Positions 60,700 to 64,000 of a stretch of DNA of 64,000 nucleotides are shown piece by piece (position 1 is the stretch's first letter; every line of letters starts with the position of its first letter). This stretch comes from an uncultured Clostridia bacterium (lineage in GTDB: Bacteria > Bacillota_I > Bacilli_A > RF39 > UBA660). Where the stretch lies: assembly GCA_947165365.1 (NCBI GenBank), contig CAMVAF010000004.1:289-64288 (forward strand), read 5' to 3'. The notes beneath the pieces are model-generated. The model did not search any database. It was not told where the DNA came from and saw nothing but the letters and a program-made list of their open reading frames with translations. A program made the position numbers and the translations under genes.

Positions 60700-60731
60700 T
60701 TTTTTCCTTAAAACATTTTTTCCTTAAAACA
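60700..60731. repeat. perfect tandem 16-bp repeat abutting the -35 box
   Basis: TTTTTTCCTTAAAACA x2 (60700-60715 and 60716-60731). Confidence 0.8.
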
Positions 60732-60740
60732 CAAAATAAA

Positions 60741-60759
60741 AGAAGAGAAAATCTCTTCT
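60741..60759 (-). terminator. terminator after the small membrane-protein gene
   Basis: AGAAGAG-AAAAT-CTCTTCT, then a T-rich tract on the minus strand. Confidence 0.55.
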
Positions 60760-60913
60760 ATTTCATATTTTCCATATCTTTTTCCATATCTTTAGATATT
60801 TTCTTTATAGAGTGACACATCTCCTCTTCCGCTTCGGGAAACAATACTTTAAATGCCACACATCCCATAAAAGTTAATACCATACCTGATAAGAAACCTT
60901 CAGCAAACTTCAT
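60758..60913 (-). CDS. small membrane protein (51 aa), hypothetical
   Basis: GAGGTGAT RBS before the ATG at 60913. MKFAEGFLSGMVLTFMGCVAFKVLFPEAEEEMCHSIKKISKDMEKDMENMK. It is below the track cut-off. Confidence 0.45.
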   Translation of the reverse strand: MKFAEGFLSGMVLTFMGCVAFKVLFPEAEEEMCHSIKKISKDMEKDMENMK

Positions 60914-60986
60914 AATATCACCTCGCTATGAAAATATGATTGATACTAGTATCACTTATAGTTTGTGAAAATATATTATTTTTATA

Positions 60987-63152
60987 CTAATCATTATTTA
61001 GTTCCATAATCCTATCTAAAAGTGTTGTTCTTCGTGTATTTTCAAAATCATTTTGAATACACTCTTTGATAGCACTTTCTTCACCAATTAAATATAATTT
61101 TTCTTTTGATCTAGTTATCGCTGTATATAATAATTTTTTATAAAGCATTCTTTTATATTCATTTAGCATAATGACAATAACTATTTTATATTCACTTCCT
61201 TGAGATTTATGAATACTCATAACATAGCCATGACGAAAATTATAAAAATCTTTTTTAGTAAATTTAACAACATTTCCATCAAAATCAATATATATTTCTT
61301 TTAAAGTATTATCAATACTATCAATAATTCCAATATCACCATTATATACACCGTAATCTGGCATATTAACAAGTAATATTACTTTATCATTTTCGTAATA
61401 TTTAATATCACCAATCATTATTTCATTTTGATTAACATAAGGATTCATTATTTCTCTAGCGATTAAATTTAATTTATCAATTCCATTTTTAGTTTTATAC
61501 ATTGGTGCTAGAATAGCAATATCATTATAATAATAATTTTTATATTTTTCACATATATCGATAAAATTATTAATTAAACTATTACTATCACTTGAAATAT
61601 AGGTCAAATCATCTCCTACATTCATAATCTTATTATCAAAAATATTATTTCTAATATTATCTGCAAACGTTAATATATTACTATTTTCTTTAGCGCGATA
61701 TAAAACATCTAACTCAATAGTTAAAAATTTTCTACTGACAATTATATCTTTTAAAATTTCCCCTGGTCCAACACTTGGAAGTTGGTGATAATCCCCAACA
61801 AGGATAATTTTTGTATCATAATATACTCCTTTAAGTAAATTATCCATTAAATAAGTATCAACCATACTGGCTTCATCAATAATTAATACATCTGTTTTGA
61901 TTTTGTTATATTCATTAACAGAAAATGTATCTGTATCCATATTCCATTTTAAAAAACTATGAATTGTACTCGCTCTAAAACCAACAGCTTCCATCATCCT
62001 TTTAGCAGCACGTCCAGTTGGCGCCAAAAGTGTAACACGTTCTTTAATACCATCAACATCCTTTTTATATAACTCTTCATAAATTTTAATAATGGCTTTA
62101 ATTATTGTTGTCTTACCAGTTCCAGGACCACCTGTTATAATCATAAAATCACTATTAAATGCCGAAAGAATCGCCTTCTCTTGTTTTTCATTGTAAAAAA
62201 TTCCTGTATATTTAATAATTTTTTCATATATTTTTCTAATATTTTTATTAGGAGTCACTTTTTTATTATTTAAATAAGTAAATCTCTTCGCAATATTAAC
62301 TTCCGCTTGAAACATTTTATCTAAATAATATTTATCATTATTTATTATAACCTTTTTTTCATTTATTAAATCATTCATCACTTCTTCATATAAAGAAAAA
62401 CTAATATCCGTATTAATCGCTCTAATTAAATAAGAATATATTTCATTATATAATAAATATGTATCTCCTAAATCAAAATTAATTTCTTCGATTACATACA
62501 AAATACCTGCTTTAACTCTTCTTTTATCATCCAAAGAATAATTGTTTTTTAAAGCAATATAATCAATCTTTTTAAAAGTAAAAGATGTATCAATAACATT
62601 ATATATATTATCATTTAAAATATTTAAAGTATTACTTTTATATTTATTATATAAACTAGTACTATCTTTCGTATTAAAACCTAAATCATTTAATTTAATT
62701 ATGGTATCAGAAATATCTTGATATTCTAATAATTTAGTATATAAAACATTTATATCTTTTTTAGTAATACCCTTAATTTCCTTTAATTTATCCTTATCAG
62801 TTAAAATAATATTTATAGTATCTAATCCTAATTTATCATAAATTTTTTTTGCTTTTCCTTCACCAATTCCAGGAAACATATCACTTGATAAAAATGATAC
62901 TATACCCTCTTTTTCATCTGGCATAATAACTTCATAACTTTCCATTGAAAATTGTTCTCCATACTTTTCATGGGTAACAAACTTGCCTTTCATTTTTAGA
63001 TTATCTTCTAAATTTACTCCTTGCATATAACCTGTAAAAGTATATGTTTTATCAAGAGGAATATCTATATCTGCTTCTTTAACTCTAACTAATCCTACAT
63101 AATAATTATCTCGATTATAGATAATTTTTTTTAAAACACCTTTGATTTCCAT
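60987..63152 (-). CDS. recD2: RecD2-type SF1B DNA helicase (721 aa)
   Basis: ITGGPGTGKTTIIKAII, LLAPTGRAAKRM, IIDEASMV and SIHKSQGSEY. Confidence 0.88.
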   Translation of the reverse strand: MEIKGVLKKIIYNRDNYYVGLVRVKEADIDIPLDKTYTFTGYMQGVNLEDNLKMKGKFVTHEKYGEQFSMESYEVIMPDEKEGIVSFLSSDMFPGIGEGKAKKIYDKLGLDTINIILTDKDKLKEIKGITKKDINVLYTKLLEYQDISDTIIKLNDLGFNTKDSTSLYNKYKSNTLNILNDNIYNVIDTSFTFKKIDYIALKNNYSLDDKRRVKAGILYVIEEINFDLGDTYLLYNEIYSYLIRAINTDISFSLYEEVMNDLINEKKVIINNDKYYLDKMFQAEVNIAKRFTYLNNKKVTPNKNIRKIYEKIIKYTGIFYNEKQEKAILSAFNSDFMIITGGPGTGKTTIIKAIIKIYEELYKKDVDGIKERVTLLAPTGRAAKRMMEAVGFRASTIHSFLKWNMDTDTFSVNEYNKIKTDVLIIDEASMVDTYLMDNLLKGVYYDTKIILVGDYHQLPSVGPGEILKDIIVSRKFLTIELDVLYRAKENSNILTFADNIRNNIFDNKIMNVGDDLTYISSDSNSLINNFIDICEKYKNYYYNDIAILAPMYKTKNGIDKLNLIAREIMNPYVNQNEIMIGDIKYYENDKVILLVNMPDYGVYNGDIGIIDSIDNTLKEIYIDFDGNVVKFTKKDFYNFRHGYVMSIHKSQGSEYKIVIVIMLNEYKRMLYKKLLYTAITRSKEKLYLIGEESAIKECIQNDFENTRRTTLLDRIMELNND

Positions 63153-63968
63153 TTACTTCACCTGACATTTTGGACAATAATATGTTCCTCTTCCATTAAC
63201 CTTTGTTTTAATAATAATATTTTTACAAACTTTACATTCTTTATTTTCTCTTTGATGAACCATTAAATAATCTTGAAAATGACCAATAACCCCAAGACTT
63301 GATGTATAACTCCTAATTGTCGTACCTCCATTTTCTATTGATTTTGAAAGTATGGTTCTAGTATTCTCTATAATATTTGATAAATCAGAATCATTTAAAT
63401 CTTTTCCATATCTCAAAGGATTAATATTTGATTTAAAAAGGATTTCATCAGCATAAATATTTCCAATACCAGAGATAATACTCTGATCAAGAAGAAGCGT
63501 TTTAATATGTTTTGAAAAGTTTAATTTATCTTTTAAATAATCAATATTTAAACTTTTATCCCAAGGATCTTTTCCAATGTTATTTAAAGGTGTATCAATA
63601 AATAATTTATCTTTCTCTACCAAATACATTTTCCCAAATTTTCTAGTGTCATGATATCTTAATGATTTATCATTAAGAGTAAAAATAACATGTTCATGTT
63701 TCACTATTTCATCATTAATATTTTTTATAAAAAATTTACCTTCCATTCTTAAATGACTTACTAAATAATAATCTGTAAGTTCAAATATTAAGTATTTACC
63801 CATTCTTTTAATATCAATAAATTCTTGATTAATAATATTTTTTTTGAATTCCTTTAAATTTGTAGCTATAATACCATTATATAAAACATCTACCTTTTTA
63901 ATTTTCTTACCAATTATTTGTTTTTTTAAAGTATTTTTAACAGTCTCTACTTCTGGAAGTTCTGGCAT
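63153..63968 (-). CDS. mutM: formamidopyrimidine-DNA glycosylase
   Basis: MPELPEVETV N-terminus, H2TH region and C-terminal zinc finger CKVC...CPKCQ. Confidence 0.92.
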   Translation of the reverse strand: MPELPEVETVKNTLKKQIIGKKIKKVDVLYNGIIATNLKEFKKNIINQEFIDIKRMGKYLIFELTDYYLVSHLRMEGKFFIKNINDEIVKHEHVIFTLNDKSLRYHDTRKFGKMYLVEKDKLFIDTPLNNIGKDPWDKSLNIDYLKDKLNFSKHIKTLLLDQSIISGIGNIYADEILFKSNINPLRYGKDLNDSDLSNIIENTRTILSKSIENGGTTIRSYTSSLGVIGHFQDYLMVHQRENKECKVCKNIIIKTKVNGRGTYYCPKCQVK

Positions 63969-64000
63969 AATATCACCTCTTATTAGAGTTTATAATAAAC

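Overview
This is a very AT-rich (by eye about three quarters A+T) Bacillota/Firmicutes-type chromosomal window. It holds about 70 protein genes, and all but about eight are on the minus strand. The standard code applies, since TGA terminates parA and gatB. I saw no rRNA, no intact tRNA and no CRISPR array. (1) Positions 1-10.67 kb are the right-hand part of an integrated plasmid-like mobilisable element. It carries MobC, XRE, a short SsbB-like SSB, a sortase with a 1290-aa thioester/Cna-B adhesin, a wHTH Rep-like protein, ParB, ParA and phased 10-bp repeats. It stops at a 45-nt tRNA(CAT) 3' half plus terminator, a probable att junction. An IS605-family TnpB/omega-RNA remnant lies next to it, and an IS200 TnpA remnant sits at 31.7 kb. 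(2) The housekeeping blocks are rnc, yidD, addBA, ligA-pcrA, xseA/xseB-nusB, gatCAB, fhs, a guanine-deaminase-like gene, a CE4 deacetylase, a GalU-like gene, HIT, an RpoD-like sigma factor, recD2 and mutM. (3) The unusual part is an eight-gene operon (47.5-51.2 kb) built around an archaeal/ER-type signal peptidase (SipW). It also encodes two minimal TasA-like subunits, two membrane proteins and three ~100-aa WXG100-like helical proteins. At least five further loci in the window carry the same SipW-type leader and/or N-terminal module fused to different C-terminal 'tip' modules: 181-aa, 865-aa and 428-aa proteins, a 5'-truncated LRR pseudogene and an orphan leader fragment. One tip module also occurs, duplicated, behind a type IV prepilin leader in a gene translationally coupled to rnc. 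All family names come from motif recognition by eye; no database or structure search was possible.
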